Both the position numbers and the translations under genes were made by a program. From the IMG/VR virus record IMGVR_UViG_2671180603_000016: a stretch of DNA of 8,632 nucleotides; one strand, 5' to 3'. Origin of the DNA: a virus. Its lineage: Duplodnaviria; Heunggongvirae; Uroviricota; Caudoviricetes. Of the stretch, positions 1 through 7,803 are shown piece after piece (position 1 is the stretch's first letter; the number at the start of each line of letters is the position of its first letter). The notes below the pieces were generated by a model that was not told the DNA's origin, did not search any database, and saw only the letters and a program-made list of their open reading frames with translations.

Positions 1-578
1 GCGGCGGTAATCCTCCGGCATTTTCCCTGACACCGGACGGAAAACTGACCGCTAAAAATGCAGATATCAGTGGCAGTGTGAATGCGAACGCCGGGACGCT
101 CAACAATGTCACAATTAATGAGAACTGTCAGATTAAGGGGAAACTGTCAGCCAACCAGATTGAAGGCGATATAGTCAAAACAGTGGGTAAGGCTTTTCCG
201 CGGGACTCCCGGGCACCGGAGCGGTGGCCATCAGGGACCATTACCGTCAGGATTTATGACGATCAGCCTTTTGACAGGCAAATTGTTATTCCGGCGGTGG
301 CATTCAGCGGCGCTAAACATGAGCGGGAGAATAACGATATTTATTCGTCATGCCGCCTGATAGTACGGAAAAACGGTGCTGAAATTTATAACCGTACCGC
401 GCTGGATAATACGCTGATTTACAGTGGTGTTATTGATATGCCAGCTGGTCGCGGCCACATGACGCTGGAGTTTTCGGTGTCAGCATGGCTGGTGAATAAC
501 TGGTATCCCACAGCAAGTATCAGCGATTTGCTGGTTGTGGTGATGAAGAAAGCCACCGCAGGCATCAGTATCAGCTGA
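1..578 (+). CDS. J: Host specificity protein J (central tail fibre), C-terminal ~190 codons; 5' end lies outside the window
   Basis: Frame 3 is open from position 3 to the stop at 576-578 ([38 protein letters not shown]...[12 protein letters not shown]...[10 protein letters not shown]). From memory this co-linearly resembles the C-terminal end of lambda gpJ. Gene order J-lom-stf-tfa supports the call. Confidence 0.85.
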   Translation, partial: GGNPPAFSLTPDGKLTAKNADISGSVNANAGTLNNVTINENCQIKGKLSANQIEGDIVKTVGKAFPRDSRAPERWPSGTITVRIYDDQPFDRQIVIPAVAFSGAKHERENNDIYSSCRLIVRKNGAEIYNRTALDNTLIYSGVIDMPAGRGHMTLEFSVSAWLVNNWYPTASISDLLVVVMKKATAGISIS

Positions 579-596
579 ATTTTATAACCCATATAC

Positions 597-621
597 GGGC
601 GCCAGAAATGGCGCCTTTTTT
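597..621 (+). terminator. Rho-independent terminator downstream of J
   Basis: Perfect 6-bp GGCGCC stem (598-603 / 610-615) with loop AGAAAT, followed by TTTTTT (616-621), 19 nt after the J stop. Confidence 0.55.
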
Positions 622-645
622 ATTGCAGAAAAGCGAGAGGTAATT

Positions 646-1245
646 ATGCGTAAAGTTTGTGCAGCCATTTTGTCCGCAGCCATCTGTCTGTCCGTATCCG
701 GTGCGCCTGCATGGGCGTCTGAACATCAGTCCACACTGAGCGCGGGGTATCTTCATGCCCGTACGAACGCTCCCGGCAGCGATAATCTGAACGGGATTAA
801 CGTGAAATACCGTTATGAGTTTACGGACGCGCTGGGGCTGATTACGTCCTTCAGTTATGCCAATGCTGAGGATGAGCAAAAAACGCACTACAGCGATACC
901 CGCTGGCATGAAGATTCCGTGCGTAACCGCTGGTTCAGCGTGATGGCGGGGCCGTCTGTACGCGTGAATGAATGGTTCAGCGCGTATGCGATGGTGGGTG
1001 TGGCTTACAGCCGTGTGTCGACTTTCTCCGGGGATTATCTCCGCGTAACTGACAACAAGGGGAAAACGCACGATGTGCTGACCGGGAGTGATGGCGGTCG
1101 CCACAGCAACACGTCTCTGGCGTGGGGGGCTGGCGTGCAGTTTAACCCGACCGAATCCGTGACCATTGACCTTGCTTATGAAGGTTCCGGTAGTGGTGAC
1201 TGGCGAACGGATGCATTTATTGTTGGTATCGGATACCGTATCTGA
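646..1245 (+). CDS. lom: Outer membrane protein Lom (Ail/Lom/OmpX-family beta-barrel), with signal peptide
   Basis: ATG at 646 preceded by GAGAGG. N-terminus MRKVCAAILSAAICLSVSGAPAWA has a signal-peptide shape. Family motifs GINVKYRYE, VMAGP, AYEGSGSGDWRTD and a beta-strand C-terminus are present. Position immediately after J is as in lambda. Confidence 0.92.
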   Translation: MRKVCAAILSAAICLSVSGAPAWASEHQSTLSAGYLHARTNAPGSDNLNGINVKYRYEFTDALGLITSFSYANAEDEQKTHYSDTRWHEDSVRNRWFSVMAGPSVRVNEWFSAYAMVGVAYSRVSTFSGDYLRVTDNKGKTHDVLTGSDGGRHSNTSLAWGAGVQFNPTESVTIDLAYEGSGSGDWRTDAFIVGIGYRI

Positions 1246-1351
1246 CAACAGACGCCGATTTATCTTCTGTAAATATTGTTATGATACGCAGGTTCATCCA
1301 CCTTATGGGGTGAACTGCGTTTGAGGAAACGTAAAGTTACACTGTCCTGAA

Positions 1352-1382
1352 GCCCGTGGCGTCACTGCTGCGGGCTTTTTTT
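1352..1382 (+). terminator. Intrinsic terminator between lom and the stf-like ORF
   Basis: 10-bp stem GCCCGTGGCG / TGCTGCGGGC (three G-U pairs), loop TCAC, then a 7-T run 1376-1382. The stf-like ATG follows 15 nt later. Confidence 0.5.
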
Positions 1383-1396
1383 ATTGGTGGAAAAGT

Positions 1397-2461
1397 ATGA
1401 CAGTAAAAATTTCTGGCGTGCTTAAAGATGGCACAGGAAAACCAGTACAGAACTGCACCATTGTGCTGAAGGCCAGACGAACCAGCAGCACGATGGTGGT
1501 GAACACGGTGGCCTCTGAAAATCCGGATGAAGCCGGACGTTACAGCATGGATGTTGAGCATGGTCAGTACAGCGTCACCCTGCTGGTTGAAGGTTTTCCG
1601 CCTTCACATGCCGGGACCATTACCGTCTATGAAGGTTCCAGACCAGGTACGCTGAATGATTTTCTCGGTGCCATGACGGAGGATGATGTCCGACCGGAGG
1701 CACTGCGCCGCTTTGAGCAGATGGTGGAAGAGGTGTCACGTAACGCCTCCGCGGTTGCACAGAATACGGCAGCCGCGAAAAAATCAGCCAGCGAGGCGGC
1801 AACTCATGCAACCGATGCTGCAGCCTCAGCACGTGCCGCCAGCACGTCAGCCGGACAGGCCGCGTCGTCGGCTCAGTCAGCGTCTTCCAGCGCAGGAACG
1901 GCATCGACAAAGGCCCGTGAAGCAGCAAAAAGTGCTGCTGCAGAGTCATCAAAAAGCGCGGCAGCTACCAGCGCCAGTGCCGCGAAAACGTCAGAAACGA
2001 ATGCCGCAGCATCACAAAAATCGGCAGCCACTTCTGCATCCACAGCGACCACGAAGGCGTCAGAAGCTGCCACCTCGGCACGGGGTGCGGCGGCCTCAAA
2101 AGAGGCAGCGAAATCTTCAGAAACGAATGCATCATCAAGTGCCAGTAGTGCAGCTTCCTCGGCAACGGCGGCAGGAAATTCCGCGAAGGCGGCAAAAACG
2201 TCCGAGACGAACGCTAAGTCTTCTGAAACAGCAGCGGGACAGAGCGCCTCAGCTGCGGCAGGTTCAAAAACAGCGGCTGCATTATCTGCCAGTGCCGCGT
2301 CAACAAGTGCCGGGCAGGCCTCAGCCAGTGCCACCGCCGCCGGAAAATCGGCAGAAAGCGCCGCATCATCCATCCGCGTAACTGACAATAAGGGGAAAAC
2401 GCACGATGTGCTGACCGGAAGTGATGACGGTCGCCACAGCAACACGTCTCTGGCGCACTGA
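1397..2461 (+). pseudogene. Truncated side-tail-fibre paralog (N-terminal ~325 codons of Stf) fused in frame to an internal lom fragment; chimeric ORF of 354 codons
   Basis: ATG 1397 with GGTGGA Shine-Dalgarno. Codons 1-325 are co-linear with, and very similar to, the N-terminus of the full stf at 2560 ([22 protein letters not shown]...), with small in-frame indels. At about 2373/2374 the sequence switches to 82 nt matching resident lom 1041-1122 with 3 mismatches (RVTDNKGKTHDVLTGSDDGRHSNTSLA), then stops. The fibre C-terminal domain is absent. Confidence 0.75.
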
Positions 2462-2495
2462 CGGTTTCATCGTGGGTGTCGGTTATAAATTCTGA
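2374..2495 (+). pseudogene. lom: lom 3' relic (second partial lom copy) with an internal deletion and frameshift
   Basis: 2374-2455 matches lom 1041-1122. Relative to the resident lom, 83 bp between two CTGGCG microhomologies (lom 1117-1122 and 1200-1205) are missing. The remaining tail 2452-2495 encodes WRTDGFIVGVGYKF-stop in the +1 frame; the resident lom ends WRTDAFIVGIGYRI. Confidence 0.7.
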
Positions 2496-2521
2496 TTAGC
2501 CAGGTAACACAGTGTTATGAC

Positions 2522-2548
2522 AGCCCGCCGGTTCAGGCGGGCTTTTTT
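2522..2548 (+). terminator. Intrinsic terminator immediately upstream of stf
   Basis: 8-bp stem AGCCCGCC / GGCGGGCT, loop GGTTCA, then TTTTTT (2543-2548). The stf ATG at 2560 follows after GTGGGGTGAAT. Confidence 0.55.
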
Positions 2549-2559
2549 GTGGGGTGAAT

Positions 2560-5340
2560 ATGGCAGTAAAGATTTCAGGTGTACTGAAAGACGGCACAGG
2601 AAAACCGGTACAGAACTGCACAATCCAGCTGAAAGCAAAACGTAACAGCACCACGGTGGTGGTGAACACGCTGGCCTCAGAAAATCCGGATGAAGCCGGG
2701 CGTTACAGCATGGACGTTGAGTACGGTCAGTACAGCGTTATTCTGTTGGTGGAAGGATTCCCGCCGTCACATGCCGGGACCATCACCGTGTATGAAGATT
2801 CCCGACCCGGTACGCTGAATGATTTTCTCGGTGCCATGACGGAGGATGATGCCCGTCCGGAGGCACTGCGCCGTTTTGAGCTGATGGTGGAAGAGGTGGC
2901 GCGTAACGCGTCCGCGGTGGCACAGAACACGGCAGCCGCGAAGAAATCAGCCAGCGATGCCAGCACATCAGCCCGTGAGGCGGCAACCCATGCGACTGAT
3001 GCTGCAGATTCAGCACGTGCAGCCAGCACGTCAGCCGGACAGGCCGCTTCGTCGGCTCAGTCAGCGTCTTCCAGCGCAGGAACGGCATCAACAAAGGCCA
3101 CTGAAGCCTCAAAAAGTGCTGCCGCTGCAGAGTCCTCAAAAAGCGCGGCGGCTACCAGTGCCGGTGCGGCGAAAACGTTAGAAACGAATGCGGCAGCGTC
3201 ACAACAATCAGCAGCCACTTCTGCATCCACCGCGACCACGAAAGCGTCAGAAGCTGCCACCTCAGCCCGGGATGCGTCGGCTTCAAAAGAGGCGGCAAAA
3301 TCATCAGAAACGAACGCATCATCAAGCGCCAGTAGCGCAGCTTCCTCGGCGACGGCGGCTGCAAATTCTGCGAAGGCGGCCAAAACGTCCGAGACGAACG
3401 CCAGGTCTTCTGAAACGGCAGCGGGACAGAGTGCCTCAGCTGCGGCAGGCTCAAAAACAGCGGCTGCGTCGTCTGCCAGCGCCGCGTCAACAAGTGCCGG
3501 GCAGGCCTCAGCCAGTGCCACCGCCGCCGGAAAATCGGCAGAAAGCGCCGCATCATCCGCTTCAACAGCCACAACGAAGGCTGGCAAAGCCACTGAGCAA
3601 GCCACTGCAGCAGCGAGGTCTGCTTCTGCAGCAAAAACCTCTGAAACAAATGCAAAGACTTCAGCAGACAATGCTGCTTCCTCTAAGGCAGCAGCCGCAT
3701 CGTCAGCCAGTTCAGCGGCGTCATCGGCATCATCTGCGTCTGCTTCAAAAGATGAGGCGACCAGACAAGCGTCAGCAGCGAAAGGTAGTGCCACGACAGC
3801 AACAACGAAAGCATCAGAGGCGGCAGGCAGTGCGACGGCTGCATCTCAGAGCAAAGTTGCTGCTGAATCCGCGGCAACGCGCGCCGAGACAGCAGCAAAA
3901 CGGGCAGAGGATATTGCATCCGCCGTGGCGCTGGAGGATGCGAGCACGACGAAAAAGGGGATAGTACAGCTCAGCAGTGCGACCAACAGCACTTCCGAGT
4001 CACTGGCGGCAACGCCAAAAGCGGTTAAGGCGGTAATGGGTGAAACGAACAAGAAAGCGCCCTTAAATAGTCCTGCACTGACCGGAACGCCAACAACACC
4101 AACTGCGCGACAGGGAACGAATAATACCCAAATCGCAAGCACGGCTTTCGTTATGGCTGCGATTGCCGCCCTTGTAGATTCGTCACCTGATGCACTGAAC
4201 ACGCTGAACGAGCTGGCTGCGGCGCTGGGCAACGACCCGAATTTTGCGACCACCATGACTAACGCGCTTGCGGGTAAGCAACCGAAAGATGCCACCCTGA
4301 CGGCGCTGGCCGGACTTACTACTGCGGCAGGCAAGTTTCCGTATTTTACGGGGAATGATGTCGCCAGCCTGGCAACCCTGACAAAAGTCGGGCGGGATAT
4401 TCTTGCGAAATCGACCGTTGCTGCCGTTATCGAATACCTCGGTTTACAGGAAACGGTAAACAAGGCTGGTAACGCCGTTCAGCGTTCCGGCGATAAAATG
4501 ACCGGAGAACTGAAAATTGGCACGGTGAATGCGCTGCGAATTTTCAATGATACCTTCGGTCTAATTTTCCGTCGTTCAGAAGATTTTCTTCATTTCATTC
4601 CGACGGCTGAAGGACAAGGCGAAAACGGTAATATCGGCCCATTAAGGCCATTCGCTATAAATCTGAGAACAGGTGCTATATCTGTCAGCCACGGGGCCAA
4701 AATTAAAGGAGGTCTAGCTATTGGAGCTACTGATAACGCACTGGGTGAAAACTCCATTGTTCTGGGAGATAACGACACCGGATTTAGGCAAGATGGAGAT
4801 GGTATTATTAGCTTCTATTCAAATGGTTCGCGCATCGGACATATTGATGAGTTAGGATTACATCTTTATAAAGATATTGAATCTAATGGCAGCAATTTTA
4901 GATTAAAAAGTAATTACCGCCACCACATTACATTCGCCAACGAAGACGGAAGAATTCGTATGTTTTTGTGGAAAGATAACGGTGGTGATGGTGTTCATAT
5001 TAATAACGGTTCAGATGGTGGTGGTGATTTCATTTTTAAAACAGATGGGGGATTTGCGCTGGGAAGTGGTGCGCAAGTTGCGTCTAGTGGCGATATTTAT
5101 GGTTCAGTGTGGGAAAACAACTGGTTAAGCACATGGCTGCATAATCATGTCGTTCGGGATATTCGTCTTGGCAGCATTGAATATAAAAACGTATGGCGCG
5201 ACTACGGCTTTGGCGATGCGTCAGGTTATGTTTTAACAGCCGCAATTAACAGCAATGCGGATGATATTGTCGACACTGTTGCCAGAAGGCCAATTCAGAA
5301 ATTGATTGGGGGAATATGGTACAACGTGGGGAGTGTTTAA
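2560..5340 (+). CDS. stf: Side tail fibre protein Stf (926 aa): lambda-type N-terminal attachment domain, long Ala/Ser/Thr-rich shaft, Mu S / P2 H-like variable C-terminal domain
   Basis: ATG 2560 ([26 protein letters not shown]...) with GGGGTG SD; an in-frame GTG at 2554 is less likely. Continuous ORF to TAA 5338-5340. GC content drops and sequence style changes after the crossover site at 4427-4452. Ends [18 protein letters not shown], mirrored by the alternative cassette. Confidence 0.9.
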   Translation: MAVKISGVLKDGTGKPVQNCTIQLKAKRNSTTVVVNTLASENPDEAGRYSMDVEYGQYSVILLVEGFPPSHAGTITVYEDSRPGTLNDFLGAMTEDDARPEALRRFELMVEEVARNASAVAQNTAAAKKSASDASTSAREAATHATDAADSARAASTSAGQAASSAQSASSSAGTASTKATEASKSAAAAESSKSAAATSAGAAKTLETNAAASQQSAATSASTATTKASEAATSARDASASKEAAKSSETNASSSASSAASSATAAANSAKAAKTSETNARSSETAAGQSASAAAGSKTAAASSASAASTSAGQASASATAAGKSAESAASSASTATTKAGKATEQATAAARSASAAKTSETNAKTSADNAASSKAAAASSASSAASSASSASASKDEATRQASAAKGSATTATTKASEAAGSATAASQSKVAAESAATRAETAAKRAEDIASAVALEDASTTKKGIVQLSSATNSTSESLAATPKAVKAVMGETNKKAPLNSPALTGTPTTPTARQGTNNTQIASTAFVMAAIAALVDSSPDALNTLNELAAALGNDPNFATTMTNALAGKQPKDATLTALAGLTTAAGKFPYFTGNDVASLATLTKVGRDILAKSTVAAVIEYLGLQETVNKAGNAVQRSGDKMTGELKIGTVNALRIFNDTFGLIFRRSEDFLHFIPTAEGQGENGNIGPLRPFAINLRTGAISVSHGAKIKGGLAIGATDNALGENSIVLGDNDTGFRQDGDGIISFYSNGSRIGHIDELGLHLYKDIESNGSNFRLKSNYRHHITFANEDGRIRMFLWKDNGGDGVHINNGSDGGGDFIFKTDGGFALGSGAQVASSGDIYGSVWENNWLSTWLHNHVVRDIRLGSIEYKNVWRDYGFGDASGYVLTAAINSNADDIVDTVARRPIQKLIGGIWYNVGSV
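2935..3910 (+). repeat. Low-complexity Ala/Ser/Thr-rich shaft region of stf built from degenerate short direct repeats (approximate bounds)
   Basis: Reiterated units such as AAAACGTCAGAAACGAATGC / AAAACGTCCGAGACGAACGC (KTSETNA) and [13 protein letters not shown]. The same region recurs in the truncated copy at about 1770-2370. Open antisense frames here follow from GCN codon bias. Confidence 0.6.
4427..4452. repeat. Left crossover site of the invertible segment (gix/pix-like, 26 bp), inside stf
   Basis: TTATCGAATACCTCGGTTTACAGGAA. Matches the reverse complement of 7343-7368 at 22/26 positions, with identical central dinucleotide. From memory, close to the Mu gix site. Confidence 0.75.
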
Positions 5341-5341
5341 G

Positions 5342-5869
5342 ATGATGCACCTGAAAAATATTAAGGCCGGGAATCCGAAAACACCGGAACAATACCAGCT
5401 AACTAAAAAAGCGGGCGTGGTATGGCTCTTTTGCGAAGATGGCAAAAACTGGTATGAGGAACAAAAGAATTTTCAGCCAGACACCATAAAAATTGCTTAC
5501 GATGAGAACAACATCATCGTTGCTGTCAGTAAAGACGTTTCAACTATTAATCCTGAAGGGCTAAGCATAGTTGAAGTTCCTGATATTACGGCAAATCGTC
5601 ACGCAGACAATAACGGAAAATGGATGTTTCTGGATGGTAAAGTAGTAAAGAGGGAATATACAGAACAGGAACTGCAACAACAGGCCGAATCACAAAAGGC
5701 CGCATTGCTTTCCGAAGCTGAATCAGTCATCCAGCCGCTGGAACGCGCTGTCAGGCTGAATATGGCAACAGACGAGGAACGCACACGACTGGAAGCATGG
5801 GAACGCTACAGTGTTCTGGTCAGCCGTGTGGATACGGCAAATCCTGAATGGCCACAAAAGCCTGAATAA
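5342..5869 (+). CDS. tfa: Tail fibre assembly protein (Tfa/U-type chaperone), partner of the expressed stf end
   Basis: ATG 5342 lies 1 nt after the stf stop, with GGGGAG SD. N-terminus [23 protein letters not shown] is paralogous to the inverted tfa' ([22 protein letters not shown]). C-terminus ...[25 protein letters not shown] is Tfa-like. Confidence 0.85.
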   Translation: MMHLKNIKAGNPKTPEQYQLTKKAGVVWLFCEDGKNWYEEQKNFQPDTIKIAYDENNIIVAVSKDVSTINPEGLSIVEVPDITANRHADNNGKWMFLDGKVVKREYTEQELQQQAESQKAALLSEAESVIQPLERAVRLNMATDEERTRLEAWERYSVLVSRVDTANPEWPQKPE

Positions 5870-5874
5870 AAATT

Positions 5875-5894
5875 AAGGCCCGATAGCGGGCCTT
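5875..5894. terminator. Bidirectional stem-loop between convergent tfa and tfa'
   Basis: Perfect 8-bp stem AAGGCCCG / CGGGCCTT with loop ATAG, in the 28-nt gap between the two convergent stop codons. No strong U-tract on either side. Confidence 0.4.
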
Positions 5895-5897
5895 CTC

Positions 5898-6431
5898 TCA
5901 TTCTGGTTGTTCGGGAAACGTTACTGGCAGGCTGGAGGTGTCTGTGGATTCAACCTTCTGCGCATAGAGCATCCACTCGGTTAATTTTTGTTTATTCTCA
6001 TCGGAAATGATGCCCAGCTGTAGCTGAGAGTCCCACAGCTGGGTTTTATCCCTGACGAGCTGCAGCAGGCTCTGCTTTTCATTTTCCGCTTGTTGCCTTT
6101 GCTCTTCCTCGGTATAAGTTCGCTTTATCACCGCACCATCTTTGAACATCCAGTTGCCCGAAATATCAGCCCGGCGATTTGCTGTAATATCAGGCAACTC
6201 AACGACACTTAAACCTTCTGGATTAATTGCTGATACATCCTTGTCTATAGCAATAATTATTCCCTCAACTGTGTAAGCCAGTTTTATTGTATCCTCCTGA
6301 AAGTTTTTTAATTCCTCATGCCAATTTTTTCCATCTTCGGACCATAACCAGATAACATCAAAATTCTTTGTTAGCTGGTATTGTTCAACGGTTTTTGGAT
6401 TACCTGCGACAATGTTTTTTAAATGCTGCAT
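5898..6431 (-). CDS. tfa: Tail fibre assembly protein, alternative copy (tfa', U'-type) belonging to the silent cassette
   Basis: 177-codon ORF on the minus strand. Its ATG (6429-6431) follows the stop of the alternative stf end by 2 nt. Tfa-family N- and C-terminal motifs are present. Confidence 0.85.
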   Translation of the reverse strand: MQHLKNIVAGNPKTVEQYQLTKNFDVIWLWSEDGKNWHEELKNFQEDTIKLAYTVEGIIIAIDKDVSAINPEGLSVVELPDITANRRADISGNWMFKDGAVIKRTYTEEEQRQQAENEKQSLLQLVRDKTQLWDSQLQLGIISDENKQKLTEWMLYAQKVESTDTSSLPVTFPEQPE

Positions 6432-6433
6432 GA

Positions 6434-7360
6434 TTATACCTGCGATACGTTATACCATGTTCCGTTAATTAACTTTTGTATTGGTCTGAATACTGCCGGA
6501 TCATCACCATCGACTTCACCGATAATACCAAGCCCCGTGATTACATGGCCTGATTTTTCATACATCACGCCTTTCTTCATGGTCTGAACAACTCGTGTGC
6601 CAAGTCTGACATCTCTCACATAGCGGGAATCAAAGTTACCGTAATCCGAGGGATTAACACGTCCCGTAATATTTATGGTTTTATTACTTTGAATGCTTCC
6701 GGAGACAAAGCGCATAACATGGACGTTATTAGCATAAACATCCAGATTACCATCGCCTTTTTGTTTAAAGCCCGTGTCATTATCACCCAATACAATCGAA
6801 TTACCGCCAAGAGCACTGGATGTTCCGATACCCAGTGCACCATTCAGTTGACCACCAGATAACGGCAGTGCACCAACATCTCCTGCTGAAGGTTTTCTGG
6901 TGGTGTAAAATTCGGACCAGTCGGCTTCAAAACCATAACCATCACGGGCTGAACGATAAAAAATACCGCCATTTTTATAATTAATCCGAAACTGAGCTGC
7001 AGGACAACTTCCTTCTCCCATATAAAAATGAATAATTAACGTTGATGCACCACTAATAGTTGCGTTATAGGCTCCGCTACTCCAGTTCCATCCAACTGCT
7101 TTATCATTCGCAACGGTGCTTCCTGTTTTCCCTAAGGCAAACGCACCAACATGACTTGCTTTTAATGTGATATCGGAGGAACCATCAAAAGCCACATTGC
7201 TTATTTTCCTGGCAGTTTTTAATTTTGCAGCTGTAGAAGCATTGCCGGATAGTTCACCAGAAAGGCCACCGCTGAATGTTTGTCGATTAGTCCAGGTATT
7301 CGCTGTACTGAGTAACGGTATTTTCTCCCCGCTTGTGCCGAGTTCTCGTAAACCGAGGTT
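6434..7360 (-). CDS. Alternative stf C-terminal variable cassette (Sv'), start-less; expressed only after inversion fuses it to the stf constant part
   Basis: Minus-strand frame is open from the crossover site (7360) to TAA at 6434-6436 with no plausible own start or SD. Predicted fusion reads ...[22 protein letters not shown]...[28 protein letters not shown].... Shares [20 protein letters not shown] and terminal [17 protein letters not shown] with the expressed stf end. Confidence 0.75.
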   Translation of the reverse strand, partial: NLGLRELGTSGEKIPLLSTANTWTNRQTFSGGLSGELSGNASTAAKLKTARKISNVAFDGSSDITLKASHVGAFALGKTGSTVANDKAVGWNWSSGAYNATISGASTLIIHFYMGEGSCPAAQFRINYKNGGIFYRSARDGYGFEADWSEFYTTRKPSAGDVGALPLSGGQLNGALGIGTSSALGGNSIVLGDNDTGFKQKGDGNLDVYANNVHVMRFVSGSIQSNKTINITGRVNPSDYGNFDSRYVRDVRLGTRVVQTMKKGVMYEKSGHVITGLGIIGEVDGDDPAVFRPIQKLINGTWYNVSQV

Positions 7361-7368
7361 TTAGATAA
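7343..7368. repeat. Right crossover site of the invertible segment (gix/pix-like, 26 bp)
   Basis: TTCTCGTAAACCGAGGTTTTAGATAA, the inverted partner of 4427-4452. About 10 further bp of stf constant-region homology (GCCATTATC) lie on its outer side. Confidence 0.75.
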
Positions 7369-7422
7369 TGGCGGTTTCTGGCCTGCATGGCATGATTTGT
7401 GCTTTTGGACGGGAGATTCAGC

Positions 7423-7656
7423 GTGCTGATTGGCTATGTAAGGGTATCAACAAATGACCAGAATACAGACCTGCAACGAAACGCTCTTGTTTGTGCAGGA
7501 TATGAACAAATATTTGAAGATAAATTAAGCGGAACAAGGACAGGCCGACCTGGATTAAAACGTGCTTTAAAGCGCCTTCAAAAAGGTGACGCACTGGTTG
7601 TCTGAAAACTGGACTGACTGGGTCACTGTATGCGGCATCTTGTCGTGCTGGTGGTG
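7423..7656 (+). pseudogene. pin: DNA invertase (Pin/Gin/Hin serine recombinase) remnant: N-terminal catalytic region only, with premature stops
   Basis: GTG 7423 with GGGAG SD. Encodes (M)LIGYVRVSTNDQNTDLQRNALVCAGYEQIFEDKLSGTRTGRPGLKRALKRLQKGDALVV, then in-frame TGA at 7603 (Trp position in Pin/Gin) and TGA at 7615 (Arg position), then LGHCMRHLVVLVVEA. The helix-turn-helix C-terminal half is absent. Confidence 0.8.
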
Positions 7657-7749
7657 GAAGCCTAGAAAAAGTATCGGGTGTTGCTGAACCGTGTTGATAC
7701 ATCAACTGCACCTGATATTGAGTGGCCTACGAACCCTGTCAGGGAGTAA
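7657..7749 (+). pseudogene. tfa: Relic of the 3' end of a lambda-type tfa, fused to the invertase remnant
   Basis: Reads [33 protein letters not shown]-stop (TAG 7663, TAA 7747-7749). From memory, lambda Tfa ends ...[30 protein letters not shown]. Distinct from the two intact tfa copies in the window. Confidence 0.6.
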
Positions 7750-7763
7750 TCATTGGGATTATG

Positions 7764-7796
7764 CCGCAGCACGTCTTAAGCAAGAACGTGCTGCGG
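7764..7796. other. GC-rich stem-loop between the tfa relic and the 3' end of the methyltransferase gene
   Basis: 10-bp stem CCGCAGCACG / CGTGCTGCGG with a 13-nt loop. A T-run (7807-7812) lies 10 nt downstream on the + strand; no U-tract on the - strand. Possible weak or bidirectional terminator. Confidence 0.3.
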
Positions 7797-7803
7797 TTGG
7801 ATG

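Larger units (their letters stand above)
4427..7368. other. Invertible tail-fibre segment (G/C/P-segment type, ~2.9 kb) carrying two alternative stf-end plus tfa cassettes in opposite orientation
   Basis: Bounded by inverted 26-bp sites. Contains stf variable end and tfa on +, tfa' and a start-less alternative stf end on -. The minus-strand cassette frame is in phase with the crossover site. Confidence 0.75.

Noticed and set aside
571-1248. 225-codon minus-strand ORF spanning the whole of lom
   Set aside because: Antisense to a well-supported lom gene. No SD and no recognisable protein features. An open frame kept by the codon composition of the sense gene.
1683-2381. 232-codon plus-strand ORF rich in Arg/Pro/Gln (and its counterpart at 3188..3964)
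   Set aside because: Alternative-frame reading of the GCN-rich stf shaft repeats. Composition is non-protein-like and it lies inside the much better supported stf frames.
1873-2445. Ala-rich minus-strand ORFs of 190 and 245 codons (also 3057..3794) antisense to the stf shaft
   Set aside because: Reverse complement of GCN codons is also stop-poor. They mirror the sense-strand repeats and have no starts with an SD.
3846-4463. 205-codon minus-strand ORF inside stf
   Set aside because: Fully embedded antisense to stf with no independent support.
7167-7364. 65-codon plus-strand ORF and the 97-codon minus-strand ORF at 7418..7711
   Set aside because: They overlap, in antisense, the start-less alternative stf cassette and the invertase remnant respectively, which explain the sequence better.
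7399-7605. Longer start for the invertase remnant at GTG 7399 (MLLDGRFSV...)
   Set aside because: The invertase family N-terminus begins at the LIGYVRVS motif. GTG 7423 with a GGGAG SD 8 nt upstream fits; the upstream extension has no homology.
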